Below, piece by piece: positions 1 to 7,469 of a stretch of 19,635 nucleotides of DNA. The stretch spans positions 1-19,635 of the forward strand of contig JAOPTX010000001.1 in assembly GCA_051532055.1 (NCBI GenBank), read 5' to 3'. The DNA comes from Fibrobacterales bacterium (GTDB lineage Bacteria; Fibrobacterota; Fibrobacteria; Fibrobacterales; JAOPTW01). The number at the start of each line of letters is the position of its first letter. Position 1 is the stretch's first letter. The notes under the pieces were generated by a model that searched no databases, was not told the origin of the DNA, and saw only the letters and a program-made list of their open reading frames with translations. The translations under genes were made by a program, and so were the position numbers.

Positions 1-1
1 A

Positions 2-37
2 GTACTTCCAGGTGTTGCTGCATTATCTGAAAAATAA
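2..37 (+). CDS. pgk: 3' end of phosphoglycerate kinase (partial, runs in from the window edge)
   Basis: Frame from base 2 reads V-L-P-G-V-A-A-L-S-E-K-stop (TAA 35-37). LPGVAAL is the characteristic PGK C-terminal motif, and tpiA-secG lie downstream on the same strand. Only 11 codons are visible. Confidence 0.8.
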   Translation, partial: VLPGVAALSEK

Positions 38-96
38 GAGTGTACTCTGCTCTAATCCATCTATGATTTATACAAAATTAGATGGGTTTCAAAAGT

Positions 97-139
97 AAAG
101 AAAAAGCCAGAAGATTTCTCTTCTGGCTTTTTCTTTTTT
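97..139. terminator. Bidirectional intrinsic terminator between convergent pgk and nfnB-like genes
   Basis: Perfect inverted repeat AAAGAAAAAGCCAGAAGA (97-114) / TTTC loop / TCTTCTGGCTTTTTCTTT (119-136), with A-tract before and T-tract after. Confidence 0.88.
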
Positions 140-174
140 CTAAATGAGGTGTTAAATAGGTATTGATGCTTATC

Positions 175-1683
175 TTATGAGCTTAATAATGTATTAATAC
201 TCTTTGCTGCAATCTGTCCTTGGCCCATCGCTTCGATTATTGTTGCGGCTCCAGTAACAATGTCACCACCTGCATAGACCCCATCCATAGAAGTTTTAAG
301 GCTGTCATCAACCTTTAGGGTTTTCCATTTGGTGAGCTCAAGCTCTGGAGTTGTTTGAGCGATAAGTGGGTTACTACTATTGCCAATCGCAATAATCACA
401 GTATCGATTTCCATTGTAAAGTCACTATTATCAATTGCTATAGGGCGTCTTCTCCCAGAATCATCAGGTTTTCCGAGTTCATAGCGAATACATTTTAAAT
501 GCGTGGCCACTCCCAAATCATCAGTAATAATCTCAGTGGCATTTTGTAAAAAACAAAAATTGATACGCTCTTCTTTTGCATGAGCAATTTCTTCATTTCG
601 GGCGGGCATTTCTGTTTCAGTACGACGATAGATTACATTAACTTCTTCTGCACCAAGCCGAATTGCAACACGTGCAGCATCCATCGCAACGTTACCACCA
701 CCAAGAACAGCAACTTTTTTAGAATCATACATTGGAGTATCTGAGAGTTCGCTATCATATCCGTGCATTAAATTAGCTCGAGTAAGATATTCATTGGCAG
801 TAAACACGCCAACGGCATCTTCGCCAGGGATCCCCATGAAGTTAGGGAGGCCAGCTCCGGAACCAATGAAAAGAGCGTCAAACCCGTCATGTGAAAGCAT
901 GTCTTTAATTTTGCGTGTCCGACCTACAACAAAATTTTTCTCAATTTGTATACCGATCTCTTCCAAAGCAGAGAGCTCATGGTCAATTATTGAGTTAGGA
1001 AGTCGAAACTCGGGTATTCCATATCGCATAACACCACCCAATTTGTGGAATGCTTCATAAAGTACAACGGTGTGCCCCTCTTTTCTACAATCAACAGCAG
1101 TCATAAGGCTTGCAGGGCCTGAACCTACAATTGCAACCTTTTTGCCGGTTTCAGCGGGGATTTCAGGGAGAATTGTTTGACCAGTTTTTCGTTCCCAGTC
1201 AGCAGCAAAGCGCTCTAGGTGGCCAATTGATACAGACTGTTCTAAATCTTTTAAGGATTTGCCGGTAGTACAGCGTTTTTGACACTGCTGTTCTTGGGGG
1301 CATACTCTTCCACAAATTTCGGGTAGAAGAGATTGGTCCTTAATTACCCGTGAAGCTTCTACAAAAGAGCCTTGTGCTATTTGGTCAATAAAACCTGGAA
1401 TATCTATGTGCACAGGGCAATCAGTAACACAAGGAGGGTTTTTACATTGGAGGCATCTCATCGATTCAAGTCGTGCTTGCTCAGGAGTAAAATCAAGAGT
1501 TACTTCAGTCATGGAACAGATACGCTCCTCAGCTGGTTGAACAGGAATTTCTTGACAGGGTATAGCAAGGCGATCTTTTGTTGTGATTTTATCTTTTGAT
1601 AATAAAAAATTTAAAAGTATGCCTGCGTCATGGCCGAGTTCTTCATGAGTATGATGCTTAATAGGTGTATGAGTGGTATTCAT
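175..1683 (-). CDS. nfnB: NADPH-dependent glutamate synthase small-chain-like flavoprotein; NfnB/SudA large subunit of NADH-dependent reduced ferredoxin:NADP+ oxidoreductase
   Basis: RCLQCKNPPCVTDCP and ICGRVCPQEQQCQKRC Fe-S motifs, VAIVGSGPA (FAD), VAVLGGGNVAMDAAR (NADPH), YRR, GVYAGGDIVTGAATII. Translationally coupled (ATGA overlap 1680-1683) to the upstream NfnA-like gene; no gltB nearby. Pipelines often label this family gltA/gltD. Confidence 0.88.
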   Translation of the reverse strand: MNTTHTPIKHHTHEELGHDAGILLNFLLSKDKITTKDRLAIPCQEIPVQPAEERICSMTEVTLDFTPEQARLESMRCLQCKNPPCVTDCPVHIDIPGFIDQIAQGSFVEASRVIKDQSLLPEICGRVCPQEQQCQKRCTTGKSLKDLEQSVSIGHLERFAADWERKTGQTILPEIPAETGKKVAIVGSGPASLMTAVDCRKEGHTVVLYEAFHKLGGVMRYGIPEFRLPNSIIDHELSALEEIGIQIEKNFVVGRTRKIKDMLSHDGFDALFIGSGAGLPNFMGIPGEDAVGVFTANEYLTRANLMHGYDSELSDTPMYDSKKVAVLGGGNVAMDAARVAIRLGAEEVNVIYRRTETEMPARNEEIAHAKEERINFCFLQNATEIITDDLGVATHLKCIRYELGKPDDSGRRRPIAIDNSDFTMEIDTVIIAIGNSSNPLIAQTTPELELTKWKTLKVDDSLKTSMDGVYAGGDIVTGAATIIEAMGQGQIAAKSINTLLSS

Positions 1684-2531
1684 AGTGCCCCTTTAGGCAG
1701 AGAGGTGGCCCCCTTAGGTAACCTACAGGAATGTCCTTTCTCTTGTTTTTTAAAGGTCTTTAACCGTGCGTTCATATTGCCCCATTCAACAGTGTGGCCA
1801 TTGAATTCAGGGCCATCAACGCAAACAAACTTTGTGGTCCCATCTACAGTTACACGGCATCCGCCGCACATTCCAGTACCATCAATCATGATGCTATTTA
1901 ACGAGACTACAGTATTGATATCAAAAGGGCGAGTAACTTCACAGCAGGCCTGCATCATGGGGGCGGGGCCAATAGCTATGACCATATCGGGCTTGTTTTC
2001 AGCGCAAATATGGGCAAGAGGCTCAGTAACGAAGCCTTTATGGCCAACGGAGCCATCATCAGTGCAGAGAGACACTGAATCACTTATTGCCTTTATTTCA
2101 TTGGTATAAAAAAGTCGATCTTTAGACTGGGCACCAATTATTGTAGTAATGGTATTTCCAGCAGCATGGAGTGCTTGAGTAATAGGGAAAAGTGGGGCGA
2201 TTCCAATGCCGCCACCAATGCAAACGATATGGCCAATTTTTTCAATATGTGTAGGAGTTCCGAGGGGACCTACAATTATGGGAATTGAGTCGCCCACATC
2301 CAAGGAACTTAATTTACGAGTTGTATTACCTGCTGTTTGAAAAATAATAGAAATAGAACCGTCTTCTTCAGACGCATCAGCTATGGTTAGAGGGATTCTT
2401 TCTCCATATTCTGCATTGAGTTGCAATAATATAAATTGTCCAGCCTCTCTTTCACGTGCGATAAGAGGAGCGTCAATAGTAAACAAAAAGATCTCAGCTG
2501 AAAGCTGTTTTTTGGATAAAATCTTGTGCAT
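1680..2531 (-). CDS. nfnA: NfnA/SudB small subunit (PyrK-like FAD/NAD-binding, 2Fe-2S electron transfer protein)
   Basis: AGQF, GERIPLTIAD, GPLG, IGGGIGIAP, TDDGSVGHKGFVT, IGPAPMM, SLNSIMIDGTGMCGGCRV...FVCVDGPEF (Asp/Cys 2Fe-2S motif). AGGA RBS precedes the ATG at 2531. Confidence 0.9.
   Translation of the reverse strand: MHKILSKKQLSAEIFLFTIDAPLIAREREAGQFILLQLNAEYGERIPLTIADASEEDGSISIIFQTAGNTTRKLSSLDVGDSIPIIVGPLGTPTHIEKIGHIVCIGGGIGIAPLFPITQALHAAGNTITTIIGAQSKDRLFYTNEIKAISDSVSLCTDDGSVGHKGFVTEPLAHICAENKPDMVIAIGPAPMMQACCEVTRPFDINTVVSLNSIMIDGTGMCGGCRVTVDGTTKFVCVDGPEFNGHTVEWGNMNARLKTFKKQEKGHSCRLPKGATSLPKGAL
1687..1721 (-). repeat. Imperfect tandem duplication with 21-nt period at the nfnA/nfnB junction
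   Basis: GCCCCTTTAGGCAG (1687-1700) and GCCCCCTTAGGTAA (1708-1721); encodes LPKGA twice (LPKGATSLPKGAL) and carries two AAGGGG SD-like motifs on the minus strand. Confidence 0.7.
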
Positions 2532-2745
2532 TGAAATCCTAATCGAAGCAAGTTAGTGTGTTTCTGAGTGGGATGAGTCCACCGCCGAATAAACATAGTA
2601 AAAGAGTTAGAGAATTGATAGGTGCTTCCCGTTTCAGAAAGGCCCCCGACTTATCGTGCAACTTTATCTACATGAGATCGATAGGAGCCAATATTTAATA
2701 ATGAATTTAGAATAGATGAAAAAGGCAGGATTTTAATTTTTTCCC

Positions 2746-2775
2746 TTTAAAAATAGTGGGTCATACTTATATTTG
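2746..2775 (+). promoter_or_regulatory. Putative promoter for tpiA-secG-tRNA
   Basis: TTTAAA (2746-2751)-N16-TATATT(TG) (2768-2775), about 25 nt before the ATG; the same TATATT element precedes psd and the OmpA operon. Confidence 0.4.
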
Positions 2776-2801
2776 TCTCGACCTAATAATAAGGATTGAC
2801 C

Positions 2802-3566
2802 ATGAGACAATACGTAATAGCTGGTAACTGGAAAATGAATTTAACAGTTGCACAATCTGTAGAGCTTGCGAAAGAAATCGTTGAAGCTGCTAAAGGTATC
2901 AAGAAAGCAACCGTAGTTATCACTCCTACATTTCTTGCGACTGCAAAAGTTGCAGACGTAGTGAAAGGTACTAATGTCAAATTGGCTGTTCAAGATATTC
3001 ACTGGGAAGATCAGGGTGCATACACTGGTAAAATATCAGTTGATATGGTTAAAGATTTAGGTGTTGAATTTGTAATTATTGGTCACTCTGAACAACGTCA
3101 ATATTTTGGCGAAACTGATGAGTCAATCAATAAAAAAGTGAAAAAAGTACTCGAAGCTGGTCTTACTCCAATCGTATGTATTGGTGAAACTCTTGAAGAA
3201 AGAGAAGGTGGCAAGCTTGAGTCTACATTAAAAACTCAAATTACTGGATCATATGCAGGTATTTCTGCAGATGATGTTGCAAAAACTGTTGTAGCGTACG
3301 AACCAGTTTGGGCAATTGGTACTGGTGTAACTGCTTCTGATGAGCAAGCACAAGATACTCAGAAATTTGTAAGAAGCGTAATTGCTGAAATGAGTGGTGA
3401 AGCTGTAGCAAATGGCATCACTATACAATATGGTGGATCAATGAAACCAGCTAATGCTGAAGGTCTTCTTTCACAAGATGACATTGATGGCGGATTAATT
3501 GGTGGTGCAGCCTTGAAAGCAGATATGTTTTTAGGTATTATTGAAGCCGCAGAAAAAAATTCTTAA
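2802..3566 (+). CDS. tpiA: Triosephosphate isomerase
   Basis: IAGNWKMN, GAYTG, IIGHSEQR, CIGETLEER, AYEPVWAIGTG, QYGGS, DIDGGLIGGA. Start moved from the TTG at 2796 to the ATG at 2802 because AAGGA (2791-2795) sits 6 nt upstream of it. Confidence 0.97.
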   Translation: MRQYVIAGNWKMNLTVAQSVELAKEIVEAAKGIKKATVVITPTFLATAKVADVVKGTNVKLAVQDIHWEDQGAYTGKISVDMVKDLGVEFVIIGHSEQRQYFGETDESINKKVKKVLEAGLTPIVCIGETLEEREGGKLESTLKTQITGSYAGISADDVAKTVVAYEPVWAIGTGVTASDEQAQDTQKFVRSVIAEMSGEAVANGITIQYGGSMKPANAEGLLSQDDIDGGLIGGAALKADMFLGIIEAAEKNS

Positions 3567-3582
3567 TTGTAGGAATCAATAA

Positions 3583-3924
3583 ATGTTTTGGGTATTAATT
3601 GCAGTTCACGTTTTATTATGCGCATTTTTAGTTTTACTAGTGCTTGTACAGAGCGATAAAGGTGGAGGACTTGGTTCTCTAGCTGGCGGAATGGGTAACA
3701 ATAATGCGCTTGCTGGTGCAGGAGCAGAGACATTCATCCAGAAGTTGACGAAATGGGTCGCAATTACCTTTATGGTAGTAGTATTCGCCCTTAATATGAT
3801 GGCTGTTGGTGCTGAACAAACTGTTCAGGAATCAGAGTTAAAAAAGAGTGTTGGTCTTGGGGATGCGCTTCCTCAGGTGGAAACACAACAACCTGTTGCT
3901 ATTGATACCACATTAGCCAAATAA
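3583..3924 (+). CDS. secG: Preprotein translocase subunit SecG
   Basis: Two hydrophobic segments around LVLVQSDKGGGLGSLAGG...GAETFIQKLT; canonical position between tpiA and tRNA-Leu; AGGA RBS upstream. Confidence 0.92.
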   Translation: MFWVLIAVHVLLCAFLVLLVLVQSDKGGGLGSLAGGMGNNNALAGAGAETFIQKLTKWVAITFMVVVFALNMMAVGAEQTVQESELKKSVGLGDALPQVETQQPVAIDTTLAK

Positions 3925-3942
3925 CAGGTACATAAAGTTTTT

Positions 3943-4026
3943 GCTCAGGTGGTGGAATTGGTAGACACGTTACCTTGAGGGGGTAGTGGGCTTCGGCCCG
4001 TGGAGGTTCAAGTCCTCTCCTGAGCA
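3943..4026 (+). tRNA. tRNA-Leu, anticodon GAG (CCA not encoded)
   Basis: Acceptor stem GCTCAGG/CCTGAGC + discriminator A; D arm GTGGAATTGGTAGACAC; anticodon arm TTACC-TTGAGGG-GGTAG; long variable arm GGGC-TTCG-GCCC; T arm GGAGG-TTCAAGT-CCTCT. Followed by CTC, not CCA. Confidence 0.96.
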
Positions 4027-4033
4027 CTCTCAT

Positions 4034-4070
4034 AAAAAAGCCTTTCTCTAAGAGAAAGGCTTTTTTATTT
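4034..4070 (+). terminator. Intrinsic terminator after tRNA-Leu
   Basis: AAAAAAGCCTTTCTCT (4034-4049) / AGAGAAAGGCTTTTTT (4051-4066) inverted repeat ending in a T-tract. Confidence 0.88.
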
Positions 4071-4353
4071 TCCTGACTTGAATTATCATAATATCTTCAT
4101 TTCTTTCCTTATAGGAAAGTGCTTCTAACTTAGATAATGCGATATTTGTTTAGTTATTTGAAATGAAATCAAAAGCTCAAAATAATCAACTTCATTGTAA
4201 AAGCTATTTAATAAGATCCTATTCTTTTTAATCAATTGAGGTGTTTGAATGTTTTAAGATGACTTGGAAGACTATTTCTATAGAAAATGAGTTCAATTAC
4301 ATAATACCTTCATTAATGGTATAATGGAAATAGTTACATAGCCAAGAGGTATC

Positions 4354-5661
4354 ATGAATATCAATAGGTTATATCTGATTGTGAGTGGTATAGTGCTCAT
4401 CGCATTTGGAAACAATATTTTTGGTGCAGAATTGTCGAAAAGTACTAAAACTATCAATGTGGCAGTTCTTCCATTTACATCAACGCAACTCAATGATGAT
4501 TTGCTTAATAGCATAACAATTAAAATGATGAGTGAATTGAATAACCTTCAGACTTATAGAGTTATGGAGAGAACACTCATGAATGAAATTCTTGCAGAAC
4601 AAGGTTTTCAACAGAGTGGCGCCTGCGATGAGTCTGAATGCGCTGTTGAGATTGGACGTCTGGTGGCCGTAGATAAAATTATAGCGGGAACGGTTTCCCA
4701 TATCGGCAATGTGTTTATCCTGAATGTTCAAGTTGTTGATCTAGAATCTGGCCGTAACGAGGTAATCATCACCCGAGAATATGATGGCCCAGCTTCCTTT
4801 CTCATTTCGGAATGTATACCTAGTATTGCAAATGAATTATCAGGGGTTAAAGAGGTGGCCCAAAAGAGTGTCATTGAAGATAAAGGTGATGCATTTTTAT
4901 ATGCAAGTGTGGCATCCTTTCTAAAATTAAGAAACAATAGAATTGCTTTTGGAAGATTTCTTGCAAAGCCAGGTTCACAACTCGTTTTTAAAATAGTGAT
5001 AAAACGCTCTAATAATATAAGGTATACTGCACAAGTAGGGAAGATCGTTGCAAAAGCTATTGTTGAGAATAGTTCAGGAGTGATAGCTCGATCATCCTAT
5101 GAAGGTGGTCTCTTTGTATTCGAGGTGGCCTATGGTAAAGATCGGTCTAATGATAGAGTTGGGTACACAATGGCATTAGTTCGTCATGGAGTCATTGAGA
5201 AAAAACAGTATGTGGGTAAATTATCTGAAGTAGCTATAGACCATTTCTATGTTAGTGACGTGCGATTCTCTCCCTTAAATCAGGTTCTAGCGGGGGCGAT
5301 TTTACCTGGAATTCCTCAGTTTGCACAAGAACGTCGTGCTAAAGGCTTTCTCATAGGTCTGATGTTCTGGGGAAGTGCGGGGGCGACCTATTTTTACTAT
5401 GATTCTTTTAAAAAATCTCGATCAGAGTACAGGGATCTAGTAGATATAGGCAGTACTGATGAGTTCGAGAGAGAGCAGGCGTATCAATCTTATCAAACGA
5501 ATAAAGATCGGCTCTTATATGCTTCTATAGCTGCAGGAGTGAGCTATTTACTTAACCTTATTGATCTTGGAGTCAATACTGATGGAGTTAATAAGTATAA
5601 CCGCTTCCGTTGGAGAATCAGTGCAGATGCACATCGATTTGTATTGGAAGGCGACTTTTAA
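4354..5661 (+). CDS. Exported/membrane protein: N-terminal CsgG/TolB-N-like domain, unknown middle domain, C-terminal DUF5683-like hydrophobic region
   Basis: Signal-peptide-like N-terminus; VAVLPF...YRVMERTLMNEILAEQGFQQSGACDESECAVEIGRLVAVDKIIAGTV...VVDLESG matches the CsgG/HfaB/TolB-N-like pattern; AILPGIPQF...KG plus two hydrophobic helices ending NLID; C-terminal Phe. GAGG RBS upstream. Confidence 0.65.
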   Translation: MNINRLYLIVSGIVLIAFGNNIFGAELSKSTKTINVAVLPFTSTQLNDDLLNSITIKMMSELNNLQTYRVMERTLMNEILAEQGFQQSGACDESECAVEIGRLVAVDKIIAGTVSHIGNVFILNVQVVDLESGRNEVIITREYDGPASFLISECIPSIANELSGVKEVAQKSVIEDKGDAFLYASVASFLKLRNNRIAFGRFLAKPGSQLVFKIVIKRSNNIRYTAQVGKIVAKAIVENSSGVIARSSYEGGLFVFEVAYGKDRSNDRVGYTMALVRHGVIEKKQYVGKLSEVAIDHFYVSDVRFSPLNQVLAGAILPGIPQFAQERRAKGFLIGLMFWGSAGATYFYYDSFKKSRSEYRDLVDIGSTDEFEREQAYQSYQTNKDRLLYASIAAGVSYLLNLIDLGVNTDGVNKYNRFRWRISADAHRFVLEGDF

Positions 5662-5754
5662 ACATTGGATTCACTCATTATATAATTCTCAGATGTTCTA
5701 CAGTAGTAGCGCACATCTTCTGAACCGGTTGAGTTTTTATATATTTGCTCCGTA

Positions 5755-5790
5755 GGGTACCATAAATAGTTTTAGACATTTATGGTACCC
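5755..5790. promoter_or_regulatory. 13-bp perfect inverted repeat in the psd leader (5' stem-loop or operator)
   Basis: GGGTACCATAAAT (5755-5767) / 10-nt spacer / ATTTATGGTACCC (5778-5790); no T-tract on either side; lies 7 nt after TATATTTG (5740-5747). Confidence 0.55.
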
Positions 5791-5820
5791 ATTCAAGAAA
5801 ATATCTAGTAAGGAAATTGT

Positions 5821-6678
5821 ATGAAAGAACAGATTATTTGGACTATATTGGTACTCCTCCCCAAAAACTTAGTGAGCCAACTATTTGGCTGGCTTGCATA
5901 TCGAGAGTGGCCATTATTTTCACAAATCTTTAGAGATGTCTTTGTAAATATGTACTCAATTGATATGAGTGAAGCCGAGTTGGCGCAGAATGAATACCCT
6001 TCAGTTCAAAAGCTTTTTATTCGTCGATTAAAAGAAGGAGCTCGCTCTATTGGATCAGATGAAATAGTCTCTCCTGTAGATGGTAAACTAAGCCAGTTTG
6101 GTTCGATTATCCAACCTAATTTGGAGCTTATTCAAGCTAAGGGCAAAACATATTCACTTGAAAAGCTTATTGGCTCTAAAGAGGTAGCTCAGTCATTTGA
6201 AAATGGAGTATGGGCTACGATTTATCTGGCACCTTTTAATTATCATCGTATACATTCTCCGGTATCAGGTTCTATCATAGAGACTACTTATATACCCGGT
6301 AATCTTTGGCCAGTTAATGATATGAGTATTGCTCGTGTTCCTGAGCTATTTTGTGTAAATGAGCGTGTAATAACCACCATCAAAGGTGAAAATGGTGGGA
6401 CTTGCTTAGTGGTAAAAGTTGGAGCTACAAATGTGGGGCGCATAAGCCTTAGCTATACTGACTTGATAATAAGCAACTCTCTATCACCATTAGCACCCCA
6501 AAAAGCTGTACATTGGCAACCAAGTGAACCTATAACAATAGCAAAAGGTGACGAACTTGGTATTTTTGAACTCGGGTCAACTGTAGTTGTTGTGGCGGAT
6601 AAAGTATACGCAAATAATAATCCTGGACTTTTTGAAGGTACACATGAAAAAGCTGTTCTAATGGGGCAAAATCTTTGA
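5821..6678 (+). CDS. psd: Phosphatidylserine decarboxylase proenzyme
   Basis: FIRRLKEGAR, IVSPVDG (Asp), QAKGKTYSL, TIYLAPFNYHRIHSP (His), LFCVNER, VGATNVGRI, KGDELGIFELGSTVV with the LGST self-cleavage site. AAGGA RBS upstream. Confidence 0.95.
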   Translation: MKEQIIWTILVLLPKNLVSQLFGWLAYREWPLFSQIFRDVFVNMYSIDMSEAELAQNEYPSVQKLFIRRLKEGARSIGSDEIVSPVDGKLSQFGSIIQPNLELIQAKGKTYSLEKLIGSKEVAQSFENGVWATIYLAPFNYHRIHSPVSGSIIETTYIPGNLWPVNDMSIARVPELFCVNERVITTIKGENGGTCLVVKVGATNVGRISLSYTDLIISNSLSPLAPQKAVHWQPSEPITIAKGDELGIFELGSTVVVVADKVYANNNPGLFEGTHEKAVLMGQNL

Positions 6679-7469
6679 GTTGGAGCTCAAACAATAGATT
6701 AATTGTTAAAAGGTTAAAGGGGCTTATAGAAGAGTATAGGTCAAAACCAAACGCATTAAATATATTTTTTGAGAGTAAGACATTTAAAAAATATTGTCTG
6801 GTAGACCAAGCTAAAACGATAGAAACACATCAAGCTGAGATTACACTTTTAGCGGGCTGTCTCAATCAGGGGATTAAGGAGGTTCGTCTCTTTGCCATTC
6901 TCGATAAGTTATTACTTCACTGTTCCGATAAAATATTTGCGCTTCCAGCCCCAAAGCAGAGGTCGTTAATTGAGATAATACAGCTGAATACTCAGGGTAT
7001 TTATTGGGAAATACGAGAGCAAGCACCCGGTATAATATGGAGCGTTGGTGAGTTTGTACGGAAAAATAATATTGTAACACTCATTGAATCAAATGACTAT
7101 AATACGGTTTTAGAGGAACTAAGTAGTTCTGTTTTTTATATGGGGGCTCATAGTGAGCGAAAAACAAAAGCAAAAAGGCTTTATAATTGGTTTGTCCTTC
7201 CACATCCGGTAGGTATTGGTCTTAATGCCGCTACTAATCCTGATACACTCGAAATTGCAATAAGCGAAAATGCACATAGGTTTATGCGGGACTTTGGACC
7301 GCTAAAAGATAAAACTCGCGCATTTCCAAATAGCGATGAGCGAATGCGATATTTTCGTTCTTTTTATTCATTTCTTGTACCGGGATTTCCACACCTTGTT
7401 GAACATCTTTTTTATAATTTAAATCATTCAAAATTCGAAGAACTATTTAATGAATCTCATAATGTATAG
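6675..7469 (+). CDS. Hypothetical protein, possibly a distant DUF2400/TIGR02757-like (HhH-type) protein
   Basis: 264-codon ORF whose TTG start overlaps the psd stop (TTGA) and whose end overlaps the next gene. Family resemblance is weak and by eye only (ITLLAGCLNQG; KAKRLYNWFV...GIGL...LEIAI). Confidence 0.6.
   Translation: MSWSSNNRLIVKRLKGLIEEYRSKPNALNIFFESKTFKKYCLVDQAKTIETHQAEITLLAGCLNQGIKEVRLFAILDKLLLHCSDKIFALPAPKQRSLIEIIQLNTQGIYWEIREQAPGIIWSVGEFVRKNNIVTLIESNDYNTVLEELSSSVFYMGAHSERKTKAKRLYNWFVLPHPVGIGLNAATNPDTLEIAISENAHRFMRDFGPLKDKTRAFPNSDERMRYFRSFYSFLVPGFPHLVEHLFYNLNHSKFEELFNESHNV

Noticed and set aside
175..1683. True glutamate synthase (GltBD) beta subunit
   Set aside because: No gltB is adjacent, and the gene is coupled to a PyrK-like partner, which is the NfnAB/SudAB arrangement.
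794..2109. Plus-strand ORFs 794-1060, 1372-1599 and 1630-2109
   Set aside because: Antisense shadows of the well-supported nfnB/nfnA genes, with no recognisable motifs.
2387..2596. 69-aa minus-strand ORF as a leader peptide of nfnA
   Set aside because: It overlaps nfnA out of frame for most of its length and has no clear RBS or informative composition.
2600..2680. SAM-I riboswitch or Rex operator upstream of nfnA
   Set aside because: SAM-I-like words (CTTATC, GGCCC, GGTGC) occur in the wrong order, and there is no adequate match to TTGTGAA-N4-TTCACAA.
5691..5718. Weak hairpin AGATGT-T-CTAC-AGTA-GTAG-CGC-ACATCT after the 435-aa gene
   Set aside because: Short, interrupted stem without a U-tract; could easily arise by chance.
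4000..5760. Genomic island integrated at tRNA-Leu
   Set aside because: No integrase or transposase, and I found no second copy of the tRNA 3' end in the window.
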